This document shows, one piece after another, positions 18,378 to 26,780 of a stretch of DNA of 59,918 nt. The stretch lies in the NCBI GenBank assembly GCA_002316295.1, contig DCDF01000173.1, positions 1-59,918 on the forward strand. Direction: 5' to 3'. The translations under genes and the position numbers were made by a program. Position 1 is the first letter of the stretch. Every line of letters begins with the position of its first letter. Below the pieces are notes generated by a model, which worked only from the letters and a program-made list of their open reading frames with translations, was not told where the DNA came from and did no database searches. This stretch comes from Syntrophaceae bacterium UBA1062. Its GTDB lineage: Bacteria; Desulfobacterota; Desulfomonilia; UBA1062.

Positions 18378-19313
18378 TCAGTATGCGTAGCTGACCGGGA
18401 ACCCATAGTCGAAGCCCGCCTGCAGCTTCCGGAACTGGCCGAATCCGAATCGCTCGATATAATGGCTGATGTATGCGGAACGATCCTCGATATCGTATAC
18501 CCATTCCTTCATGAACGCCTGAAATCCCTCCACGGTGTTCGATGCCTGCTGGTACTGGTAGCCCATGGCGAAGTCCACGTCGTAGAACCCCGGGGTGTAT
18601 GCCGGATGCGCCGCAAAGGGTTCCTCGACCACGGCCGCTACACGGAAGGAGGGGACGATGGTCCTTGATGGATCCTTGCCGATTTCCTCCCTGCTGACCA
18701 GCCGTTCGCAGCTCACGATCACCTTCTTCGACGCATTGGCGCCGTACTGGCAGTCCCCCGCTATGCCCCATATCTGGGCATTGCCGTCTTCGTCGGCCTG
18801 TTGCACGTGGATGATCCCGACATCCGGGTTCAGCGCTGGAACGAGCAATGTCGGACTGCCGTCGAAAGGGGAATCGATGATCTTATACTTATTCTCCCCC
18901 AGGAAGGACTTCACATTGAGAAGATCGGTCCCCAGCATATCCCTGACCGGCACGAAGGGCATGCCCATCGATCCTGCCATCAGCATCATGGGCAGCGACA
19001 GGTTGGTGTATTCCTCTAATTCTATGCGGTGGGGGATCCCCTGCTCCAGGGATCTGCGAAAGCATCTGCCGAGGCCGTACACACCAAGAGAAAGAAAGGT
19101 GGAGATAAAACGTTTGACCGCTCCGGCCCCGATCATCATATCGAAATCATCGGCCGCATTGCTCCGCGTGATTGTGAGGTCCGTGATGCCCTGTCTGAGT
19201 ATCTCGTGAATGGCGGAGAATGGCGTCCTGCAGATATAACCGCCGATATACAGAAAATCCCCGCTCTTCACGTTGCGGGCAATCGCCTCTTTCATGGACA
19301 TGACTTTACTCAT
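18378..19313 (-). CDS. CoA-transferase subunit A (glutaconate CoA-transferase GctA-like)
   Basis: MSKVMSMKEAIARNVKSGDFLYIGG is a typical GctA N-terminus. The start ATG 19313 overlaps the padR stop by 8 nt. Confidence 0.85.
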   Translation of the reverse strand: MSKVMSMKEAIARNVKSGDFLYIGGYICRTPFSAIHEILRQGITDLTITRSNAADDFDMMIGAGAVKRFISTFLSLGVYGLGRCFRRSLEQGIPHRIELEEYTNLSLPMMLMAGSMGMPFVPVRDMLGTDLLNVKSFLGENKYKIIDSPFDGSPTLLVPALNPDVGIIHVQQADEDGNAQIWGIAGDCQYGANASKKVIVSCERLVSREEIGKDPSRTIVPSFRVAAVVEEPFAAHPAYTPGFYDVDFAMGYQYQQASNTVEGFQAFMKEWVYDIEDRSAYISHYIERFGFGQFRKLQAGFDYGFPVSYAY

Positions 19314-19863
19314 GATCAACCTCATTCGATGCATTCACGGCATCCCGCACGATTTCTTCGCGCGCCCTTTTCAGCCATGCGAGAAAGGCCTCGTTGAGCT
19401 CGATCCCCATCTCGGAGATCAGGCGAACATGAATCTCAAGGTTTTTCAGTTTCTTGAACTTCTCCTTCCTGGATGTGAGCTGTTCTGTATAAAGCCTGAT
19501 CTGATCATCGATCATTTCGACAGCCCGCCGCCGGTCGCCGAAGCCGAAAAAGACAAATTTCATGAGGAAGGGATCCCTCAAAGTCATGTTTTTATCGGGG
19601 GGCTCCATGATCCAGCGGGAGAAGGCCTTCCTGCCCTTGTCCGTGATGGAATACAGCTTTCGGCTCGGCCCCCTCATTCCCACCCGGTTTTCCTCGGTCA
19701 TGCTGATGAGTCCTTCATCCAGCAGGGATTTCAGGTTCGGATAGATCTGGCCGTAATTGATGGACCATACATGGCCGAAATTCTGTTCGATCTGCGCCTT
19801 GATCTTATAGCCGTGCATAGGCCGGTAATGGAGCAGCCCGAGAATCGCGTGTCTTATCGCCAT
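19306..19863 (-). CDS. PadR family transcriptional regulator
   Basis: MAIRHAILGLLHYRPMHGYKIKAQIEQNFGHVWSINYGQIYPNLKSLLDEGLI is a canonical PadR winged HTH. The C-terminal helical domain indicates the long PadR subtype. Confidence 0.9.
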   Translation of the reverse strand: MAIRHAILGLLHYRPMHGYKIKAQIEQNFGHVWSINYGQIYPNLKSLLDEGLISMTEENRVGMRGPSRKLYSITDKGRKAFSRWIMEPPDKNMTLRDPFLMKFVFFGFGDRRRAVEMIDDQIRLYTEQLTSRKEKFKKLKNLEIHVRLISEMGIELNEAFLAWLKRAREEIVRDAVNASNEVDHE

Positions 19864-19893
19864 GAATGAGCACCCTCCTGCATGAGAAAGTGA

Positions 19894-21321
19894 TTACGGA
19901 TTATACCCTATGAGTGCCTTGATCTCCAGGTACTCATCCAGGCCGTGCTTGCTCCTCTCGCGCCCGATACCGGACTGTTTGTAGCCCCCTGCCGGGGCAT
20001 TGATGTCGAAATCCGCCCCGTTGATGAAGACTTGACCCGAACGGATCCGCCTCGCGACCCTCCTCGCCCGGTCCGGGTCTCCCGACCATACAGAGCCTGA
20101 CAGACCGTAGATACTGTTGTTGGCGATCTCGACAGCCTCGTCCTCACTGCGGTACGGCATAATGCAAAGAACAGGACCGAAGATCTCCTCCTGGGCGATG
20201 GTCATTTCCGGGGTTACATCGGCAAATATCGTGGGCTTGACGAAATATCCCTTCTTCAGGCTTCCGGGCTGTTCCGGACCGCCCGTTACAAGGGTGGCTC
20301 CTTCGCGGATGCCTGATCTGATGTATTCCCTCACCGACTCCTGCTGCTGAGCGTCGACCATGGGGCCGAGATAAACGCCTTCCTCAAAGGCATCGCCCAT
20401 TTTCAGGGACTCGACTGTTGATTTGGCGAGCTCGACGATCTCTTTGTGCATATGCGACGGAACAATCATTCTCGACAGGGCGATGCATGTCTGGCCCGAG
20501 TTGAGGAAGCAGTTGAAGACTCCCTTCAGGACCGCCGTGGTGATATCCGCGTCTTCCAGGATGATGTTCGGGGATTTTCCCCCGAGCTCCAGAGTAACCC
20601 GCTTGATGGTCTCGGCAGCGGCCTGGGCGACCAGGACGCCGGACCTGGTGGACCCGGTGAGCGAAACCATGTCGATATCATGGTGAGAGGCAATGGCATG
20701 GCCAACCTCTGATCCTGCACCCACCACGAGATTGAAGACCCCCGGAGGGAGACCGACTTCATCCATGATCTCGGCGAGTATGTAGGAGTTCAGCGGGGCG
20801 AGCTGGCTCGGCTTCACGACCATTGTACATCCTGCCGCAAGCGCTGGCGCAACCTTGCCGATGATCTGATGCATGGGGTAATTCCATGGGGTTATGAACC
20901 CGCAGACACCGATGGCTTCCTTGACGACCAGGGTTGTCCCCATCGAGCACTCAAACTCGTAACTCTCGAGGATCGGTATGAAACTGTCCAATGTGGCAAT
21001 GGGGAGACCGACTTGGATCAGCCTGGACCATGCCGCAGGCATGCCCATCTCCAGGGCGATGGTGTCGCCGATCTCATTCTGGCGCGAAGCCATGGCCTTG
21101 GAGATCTTCGAAATATACTCCATCCGCTCCCGAATCGGGGTTCTCGACCAGGATGGAAACGCATCTCTGGCATAGCGAACGGCCATGTCCACGTCCTCAT
21201 TGTTGCCCAGGGAGACCTGTGCGATGGGTTCTTCATTGCAGGGGTTGATGACCGGGATGGTCTCCGTGCCGGCAGGGGCTACCCAATCTCCGTTCAGGTA
21301 GATATATTTTTTCTCCTTCAT
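19894..21321 (-). CDS. NAD(P)-dependent aldehyde dehydrogenase
   Basis: ALDH motifs ELGGKSP and the catalytic Cys context NSGQTCIA. The start is placed at MKEKKYIY (ATG 21321) behind the SD GAGGAGGG. Confidence 0.9.
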   Translation of the reverse strand: MKEKKYIYLNGDWVAPAGTETIPVINPCNEEPIAQVSLGNNEDVDMAVRYARDAFPSWSRTPIRERMEYISKISKAMASRQNEIGDTIALEMGMPAAWSRLIQVGLPIATLDSFIPILESYEFECSMGTTLVVKEAIGVCGFITPWNYPMHQIIGKVAPALAAGCTMVVKPSQLAPLNSYILAEIMDEVGLPPGVFNLVVGAGSEVGHAIASHHDIDMVSLTGSTRSGVLVAQAAAETIKRVTLELGGKSPNIILEDADITTAVLKGVFNCFLNSGQTCIALSRMIVPSHMHKEIVELAKSTVESLKMGDAFEEGVYLGPMVDAQQQESVREYIRSGIREGATLVTGGPEQPGSLKKGYFVKPTIFADVTPEMTIAQEEIFGPVLCIMPYRSEDEAVEIANNSIYGLSGSVWSGDPDRARRVARRIRSGQVFINGADFDINAPAGGYKQSGIGRERSKHGLDEYLEIKALIGYNP

Positions 21322-21351
21322 GATCCCTCCTCTCATGTCAAGACTATCGGC

Positions 21352-22533
21352 TCAGCCTTCGTACGCCTCGTGCAGCCAGCCGGTTATCTCTTCGTCCGTA
21401 GGTCTCTTCGGTGCGAGCATGTACCAAGTGCCCGTAACCGTATGGCGTATAATCTCCTCGACATCGGAAAGGCTCATCCCGAGCTCTCTGAGCGACGGGA
21501 CGCCGCACTCCCTGTAGAAGGATTGAATGGCCTGCTTCACCGCCGACCCGATTTCGGGAACGCTTTTCCCGCCCGGATCAACGTTTAGCAGAGTCGCCAG
21601 CTTGTTGAGCTTGTCGGGTATGAATTCAGCCATGAGTTCGACATTGTAGGGGATGATAGATGCGCACAGGAACCCATGATTGTGGATGCCGCACACCTCA
21701 CCGATAGCGTGCCCTACGCTGTGCCCCATGCTCAAGCCGCCGTGGGCGCCCAGAATGGACATGAATGCTGCGTACGACATGTCTGTCCTCGCTTTTATGT
21801 CATTCCCGTCCTTCATGGCTTTGACAAGGCTCTTGAGAACCAGTTCGATGGCGGTGAGGGCAAACGAATCCCTCATCGGCGAGGGGGTGAATATTGCCAG
21901 CCCCCCCATAAGGCCTTCCACTGCGTGTGAAAATGCATCCAGCCCGGTCGAGGCCGTGATATGGGGCGGGAGCCCGGTCATGAGCGCCGGGTCGATCAAT
22001 GCCATCGTCGGCTGCAGGTCCGGAGACATGACGGAAACCTTCAGCTTCAGCTCGTTGTCCGTCACCACCGCAGACGGAGATATCTCGCTCCCAGTTCCTG
22101 CAGTGGTCGGAAGCACGAAGAGGGGTTTCAGGGGCTTGTCGAAGGGCAGCACCTGGAGACCGTTCAGGTTGATCGCATGGGTTTTCAGTGTCCCGGGGTT
22201 CGTGCTGTTTGCATTGACCGCCTTGGCTGTATCGATAGAGCTGCCTCCGCCTACGGCCACAAATGCGTCCGGATTGACATCATTGGCGATCCGTGAGCAC
22301 TGTTCGATGACCTCCATGGGCGGGTCCGGCAGGACGCCGTCGAACCGCACGACTTCGACCCCGGCCGTCTCAAGGCTCGCGACCAGCGGTTCAACAATGC
22401 CTGCGGCCTCCACCCCCTTGTCGAAGATGCACATGACTCGCTTTGCCCCGGCAGATGCTACATTTGCCCCCAACTGACTGGAACACCCTTCGCCGATGGT
22501 AATCCTGGTAGGTAACTCGAACGTGTAATCCAT
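21352..22533 (-). CDS. Iron-containing (group III) alcohol dehydrogenase
   Basis: Starts at MDYTFELPTRI (ATG 22533, SD AAGGGGAGG). Fe-ADH features include GGGSSIDTAKA and His-rich metal ligands (HAVEG, HSVGHAIG). Confidence 0.9.
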   Translation of the reverse strand: MDYTFELPTRITIGEGCSSQLGANVASAGAKRVMCIFDKGVEAAGIVEPLVASLETAGVEVVRFDGVLPDPPMEVIEQCSRIANDVNPDAFVAVGGGSSIDTAKAVNANSTNPGTLKTHAINLNGLQVLPFDKPLKPLFVLPTTAGTGSEISPSAVVTDNELKLKVSVMSPDLQPTMALIDPALMTGLPPHITASTGLDAFSHAVEGLMGGLAIFTPSPMRDSFALTAIELVLKSLVKAMKDGNDIKARTDMSYAAFMSILGAHGGLSMGHSVGHAIGEVCGIHNHGFLCASIIPYNVELMAEFIPDKLNKLATLLNVDPGGKSVPEIGSAVKQAIQSFYRECGVPSLRELGMSLSDVEEIIRHTVTGTWYMLAPKRPTDEEITGWLHEAYEG

Positions 22534-22566
22534 CAATCCTCCCCTTTTTATGAATTGGAAAAGCAA

Positions 22567-22596
22567 TATATACTTTAAATATATATAAAGTATATA
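22567..22596. promoter_or_regulatory. Perfect 11-N8-11 inverted repeat, candidate operator in the promoter region of the ADH operon
   Basis: TATATACTTTA (22567-22577), then AATATATA, then TAAAGTATATA (22586-22596). It lies 34-63 nt upstream of the ADH start, in the only strongly AT-rich patch of this region. Confidence 0.45.
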
Positions 22597-22826
22597 ATCT
22601 GTCTCTGGTTCAGAGTCAAGCGTTTTCATTGCTTGGAACGAGACAAACCCCATAATGAAATTTAGGGACAGGATGACATTGTTCCTTCAGGAGCGGGCGA
22701 AGTTCGGGGAAGGGAATGTCGATGGTCGTCTTCCTGATGACCATCCGGCGGCTCAAGATATGATCAGACAGCAGATCTCACGAAAAGGGGGACCGAGCGG
22801 CAGGCCGTGCGGAAGCTGACACCAAT

Positions 22827-23408
22827 TCAGCAAAGATCGTCGAGATCAAGGTCTTGAGGCGCTCTGAGTCGTAAAGACATCGCGAAGACGTTCCCGTGCC
22901 TTTCTTCGACCTTGAAGTTGCACCGCTTCAGTATTTTGATCGCAGCGCGATTTTCCATGATCGTCTCCGAAAACACGCTCCCGACCCCCCAGAACTTTAC
23001 CAGCCCTATGCACATCTCGAGGAGAATCCGGCCCAGCGTCTTTTTTTGCCACGGGTCGGAGACGATCACGGCGAACTCCGCCTTGTCGTCGAACGAGAGT
23101 TTTATGAGACGGGCGATTCCGATGACTCTGCTTCGGACGCCTTCCTTCATCTCCGCGATGACGGCGAGCTCCTTCTCCGGATCGATGTCGCAAAACCTCC
23201 GCGCTCTCTCGGGGGTGGCGCTGAAAGGCACCATGAAGCGCTGCCAGAGGGACTCTTGGGAGCATCCGTTCACGAAATCGATCCACAGGTCCATGTCCTC
23301 TCTTCTCAGAAGCCTGAACCCGATCCTCCTGCCGTCGATCATGAACGACCTGTCACACAGACAGGTTTCGAGCATCTTCACAAGGGCCGTTCTGCGGTTG
23401 TCGTTCAT
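22827..23408 (-). CDS. GNAT family N-acetyltransferase (resembles the GNAT domain of Pat-type protein acetyltransferases)
   Basis: 193 aa. RLLRREDMDLWIDFVNGCSQESLWQRF...ELAVIAE...AEFAVIVSDPWQKKTLGRILLEMCI...ENRAAIKILKRCNFKV shows the acetyl-CoA binding Q/RxxGxG/A-like segment. Confidence 0.8.
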   Translation of the reverse strand: MNDNRRTALVKMLETCLCDRSFMIDGRRIGFRLLRREDMDLWIDFVNGCSQESLWQRFMVPFSATPERARRFCDIDPEKELAVIAEMKEGVRSRVIGIARLIKLSFDDKAEFAVIVSDPWQKKTLGRILLEMCIGLVKFWGVGSVFSETIMENRAAIKILKRCNFKVEERHGNVFAMSLRLRAPQDLDLDDLC

Positions 23409-23982
23409 AAGGGCGCGGTTCTCTCCGGTCTCTGAGGTATCAGCGCATCGAGCAAGGGCGATAAACCCCTTGCTCGAGCGGCGCGTGGGGCTGCTCTATC
23501 CATTTGTGTTTTTCTGTCTGGAACATGAGATCATCCCGAAACCGGTGATGCTCAACCGAAATCAGCCTTCCGGCCCTGACGCTCAAGGGGTCCAGGCAGA
23601 TGTTCATCACGCCGTATTCCGTGACCTTTACTCTACCTCATTTCGCATCGCGGTGGCAATATCCAGGCGGATCTCCTTCAAGAGTCATGCAACTCTGCTT
23701 TGATGTCGAATCCGCCCTATGTCTCGATTTTCATGCGATTCTACAGATCAATCAGGTACATCATTATCACGGCTAAACAGAGGCCGATATCAGGAATGTG
23801 CTTGTTTGTGTGTCGAACGTGATTGCAGTCCTGTCAGGCCATTTCCGACAGAATGTGTATCGCTCAAGGGCAAAAACCATCCCCTCGGCCGGGCAAAAGG
23901 GGGGCGCCAAAAAGAGTGAAACAGACTGTGCACGACGCCGGAGTCCGGGCTTCGGGCATGCTGCTCATCCCTCCTCCCCTTT

Positions 23983-24684
23983 TCATGGAGCGGGTTTTTG
24001 CTCATCTTTCGGGCATGTGGTCATGATGTCCACGGGAGGAGACGTGAGCCTATAGAACCTTATCTTGTGTGCGGGCAGGACCTCCCCGCCGATTCTCACA
24101 TCGCCGATGAACTTCAAGGCCTTGCTCTTCTCCCAGGGCGCAAAAGGGCTCTTCGCCTGTACCGACTGCGGATAGTAGAAGCCCACGACCAGAGAAAGTC
24201 CATACTTTTTTTCCCACGGTGTTTGGATGAAGGGGTTTCCCTCGCCGGCAAGGGCTTTCCGCGCGGCCTGCTCCGCCATACGCCATTGTGCCGGGTTCGA
24301 CGGGCACAGAAATTCCCGGGAAAACTGCGATTTTCTGGATACGGCCGGATTGAATTGCCCTTTCTTGAATGCCACTCCCCTGATTCCCCGGCCGTATATG
24401 ACATGCTTCGAGGGGCAGGCTTCGCTCAGTCGGACCCGGTTCATCACTCCCCAGGCGATGGCCTCGTAAACGGTCGGCTCGTCGGCATAGCCTGTCGATA
24501 TGCCTTCCGCGTAGACGAGCCTCGCAAGCACCTCCTGCTCGGGAATACCGCATTGCTCGATCATTGATTCCACGGTGGATGAGTTGTCCGGCTGCAGGCA
24601 GACCGGTGGCTGCCCGGCGATCAGGTATCCCGGGAGAAGGAATGCCGATAAAAACATGACCACGGCTGGAACGATCTTCTCCAC
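23983..24684 (-). CDS. Secreted cell-wall hydrolase (SleB/Hydrolase_2-like)
   Basis: A signal peptide (MEKIVPAVVMFLSAFLLPGYLIAG) followed by LARLVYAEG...EAIAWGVMNRV...GQFNP, the pattern characteristic of Hydrolase_2. Confidence 0.65.
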   Translation of the reverse strand: MEKIVPAVVMFLSAFLLPGYLIAGQPPVCLQPDNSSTVESMIEQCGIPEQEVLARLVYAEGISTGYADEPTVYEAIAWGVMNRVRLSEACPSKHVIYGRGIRGVAFKKGQFNPAVSRKSQFSREFLCPSNPAQWRMAEQAARKALAGEGNPFIQTPWEKKYGLSLVVGFYYPQSVQAKSPFAPWEKSKALKFIGDVRIGGEVLPAHKIRFYRLTSPPVDIMTTCPKDEQKPAP

Positions 24685-24936
24685 GTGCTCCTCCGGATGT
24701 GTGAGGTAGAGACTCCCACATTAACCACTAAGTATCCCTGACTTGTCAATGTCGGCCTTTCAGAAAGGTCCTGCAGGCCATGCCCATAGAGGAACAGATG
24801 GAAAAAATGACGCTGCTGCCTCTACTCTGCTATCCACTCGCTCCCGTTTGCCGAATATTCTCGACCGGCAAACACATTGATCCACGTGTCCGCAGACTCT
24901 AATGAAGAAAAATATATGAAGCACGAGGTATGCAGC

Positions 24937-25110
24937 ATGGCCAAGTACGGAAAGAAGGCGCAGGAAAAGGTCAAGGAAACCATGAAGGAATACAAGAAGG
25001 GTGAGCTCGAGAGCGGATCGAGAGGAAAAAAGGCGAAAAGTCGGAAGCAGGCGGTAGCCATCGGGCTCTCCAAGGCACGGAAAGAGGGAGCAAAGGTCCC
25101 TTCGAAATGA
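24937..25110 (+). CDS. Small basic protein (DUF6496-like)
   Basis: MAKYGKKAQEKVKETMKEYKKGELESGSRGKKAKSRKQAVAIGLSKARKEGAKVPSK. A conserved small Lys-rich family recognised by eye. The start is placed at ATG 24937. Confidence 0.55.
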   Translation: MAKYGKKAQEKVKETMKEYKKGELESGSRGKKAKSRKQAVAIGLSKARKEGAKVPSK

Positions 25111-25664
25111 CAATGATATCCCTGTAGAGATGACAGACAGTCTGCAGTCCCGGATCAGAGGCGCCTGAGAGTGCTCCGCGTAAGGGCCGATGCGCCGCCC
25201 AATTTTTCCGGGGTGATGCAGAGCTTCACCAGACCGTTTCCCAAAAACCGGCTTCGGTTGCCCGAGAAGTGGTATGAAAAGCAAGCGGCCGATCGGCCGG
25301 CATCGTATCCCAACCTGATCCGCGAGGAGCAGCGTGATAACGGAGAGCCTCCCGGTGTGATCCGGCATCGCCATCCGCTCTGTGGCTTTTTGCCGGTCAG
25401 GGAAATGCGATCGGGATCACCCGCTGGCCTGTGGAAGATGCGTTGGGGATCAAAGGCCGGGATTGAAAAAGTCTCCCAATCAACCTCTGCCATCTGTCTG
25501 CGCAGACAGATCCGGCCGGGAGCCCTTTTGACCTCCCGCTTGACGCGATACGCATCGACGTGTACCATTTTCACAGGGATAGCAGGCTGTTGAGCCTGTG
25601 AGGCCCCTGATGCCGAAGCGGCAAGATTCCGGGTGAGATCCCGGTCGTTGTGAGGAGGTTGTAC

Positions 25665-26450
25665 ATGGTCTTTGAGAATGTTCTGTTCGATCAATCCGAT
25701 GGTGTGGCCGTAATCCGCATGAACCGGCCGAAAGAGATGAACACACTCGACTTCGGCCTGACTTCGGATCTGCTCAAGGCGCTTGAGGTGTGCTGGGATG
25801 ACGGCGGCATCAGGGCGGTCGTCATAACGGGCAGCGGCAGGGCTTTCTGTGCCGGGGGAGACGTGGCGGCATTCTACAAATCTCCTGATCTCGGCGACAC
25901 GACACGGCAGATGACCAAGTCGTTCGACCCGCTCATCTCGGGCATAAGGAGAATGGGCAAGCCGGTCATCGCCATGATCAACGGTGCAGCCATGGGCGCC
26001 GGGCTTTCGATGGCGGCAGCCTGCGACCTGCGTATCTGCTCATCGTCGGCGACATTCCGACAGGCCTACACCTCGGTCGGGCTCGTTCCGGACGGAGCGT
26101 GGAGCCTGTTCGTGCCCCTGCTCATCGGGTTCGGCAGGGCGAGCGAGCTCATCTTCACCGACCCGGTTCTGGATGCGAAAAGGGCCCTGGAAATCGGCCT
26201 CGTAAATGATGTGGTGAACGACTCAGAGCTCGAACCGACAACGCTATCCCTCGCGAAGCGTCTTGCGAGAGGGCCTGTCGGATCATACGCCGTTGCCAAG
26301 GACAATCTCAACAGGGCCATGCTCACCCTGCTGGAAACTCAGCTCGAGCAGGAGCGTCTCGGAATCATGAGAGCGGGCCGCACCAAAGATGCCCGTGAAG
26401 GCCTTGAGGCCATGCTGAACAGGCGCAAGCCGGAATTCAGAGGAGAGTAG
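25665..26450 (+). CDS. Enoyl-CoA hydratase/isomerase (crotonase) family protein
   Basis: Starts at MVFENVLFDQSDGVAVIRMNRP behind the SD GAGGAGG. The oxyanion-hole segments FCAGGD and INGAAMGAG are present. Confidence 0.9.
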   Translation: MVFENVLFDQSDGVAVIRMNRPKEMNTLDFGLTSDLLKALEVCWDDGGIRAVVITGSGRAFCAGGDVAAFYKSPDLGDTTRQMTKSFDPLISGIRRMGKPVIAMINGAAMGAGLSMAAACDLRICSSSATFRQAYTSVGLVPDGAWSLFVPLLIGFGRASELIFTDPVLDAKRALEIGLVNDVVNDSELEPTTLSLAKRLARGPVGSYAVAKDNLNRAMLTLLETQLEQERLGIMRAGRTKDAREGLEAMLNRRKPEFRGE

Positions 26451-26457
26451 AGAAAAG

Positions 26458-26479
26458 GATGCGGGCAAAGGCCCGCATC
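26458..26479. terminator. Hairpin directly after the crotonase stop
   Basis: GATGCGGGC (26458-26466), loop AAAG, then GCCCGCATC (26471-26479). There is no clear U-tract on the + strand and only a T-rich run on the - strand. Confidence 0.35.
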
Positions 26480-26780
26480 GCCCTCCTCTCATGAGCGTCC
26501 GGGACATGACTCGCAGCAGGGAGGCGTCTGTGGCAACGACAGCACGCTCGGTATGCTTCTGGCGAGTTTGCCCCAAAAAGCCTCCGCTGGCCGGGCAGGC
26601 GCCCGGATTGCGTCACAGGATGCTGCGCGTCAGATGCCTGCGACGCCCCGGCGTGCCTCTTCTTTGACCCTCATGGCAAGGCCCCGGCACAAAGCCTTTT
26701 CTCAAGACGCTGTGCAACGATATCCTCCCCTATCATCTCCATACCGGGCGGTATGAGAAGTGCTTTTTATTGCCGGCGGC

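Noticed and set aside
25155-25694. 179-aa minus-strand ORF and 140-aa + strand ORF (25171-25593) in the spacer upstream of the crotonase gene. Similar ORFs occur at 24760-25374.
   Set aside because: There are no recognisable motifs. The composition is Arg/Pro/Gly/Ser-biased, the ORFs mutually overlap in three frames, and none has an SD. They are treated as non-coding, although a decayed gene cannot be excluded.
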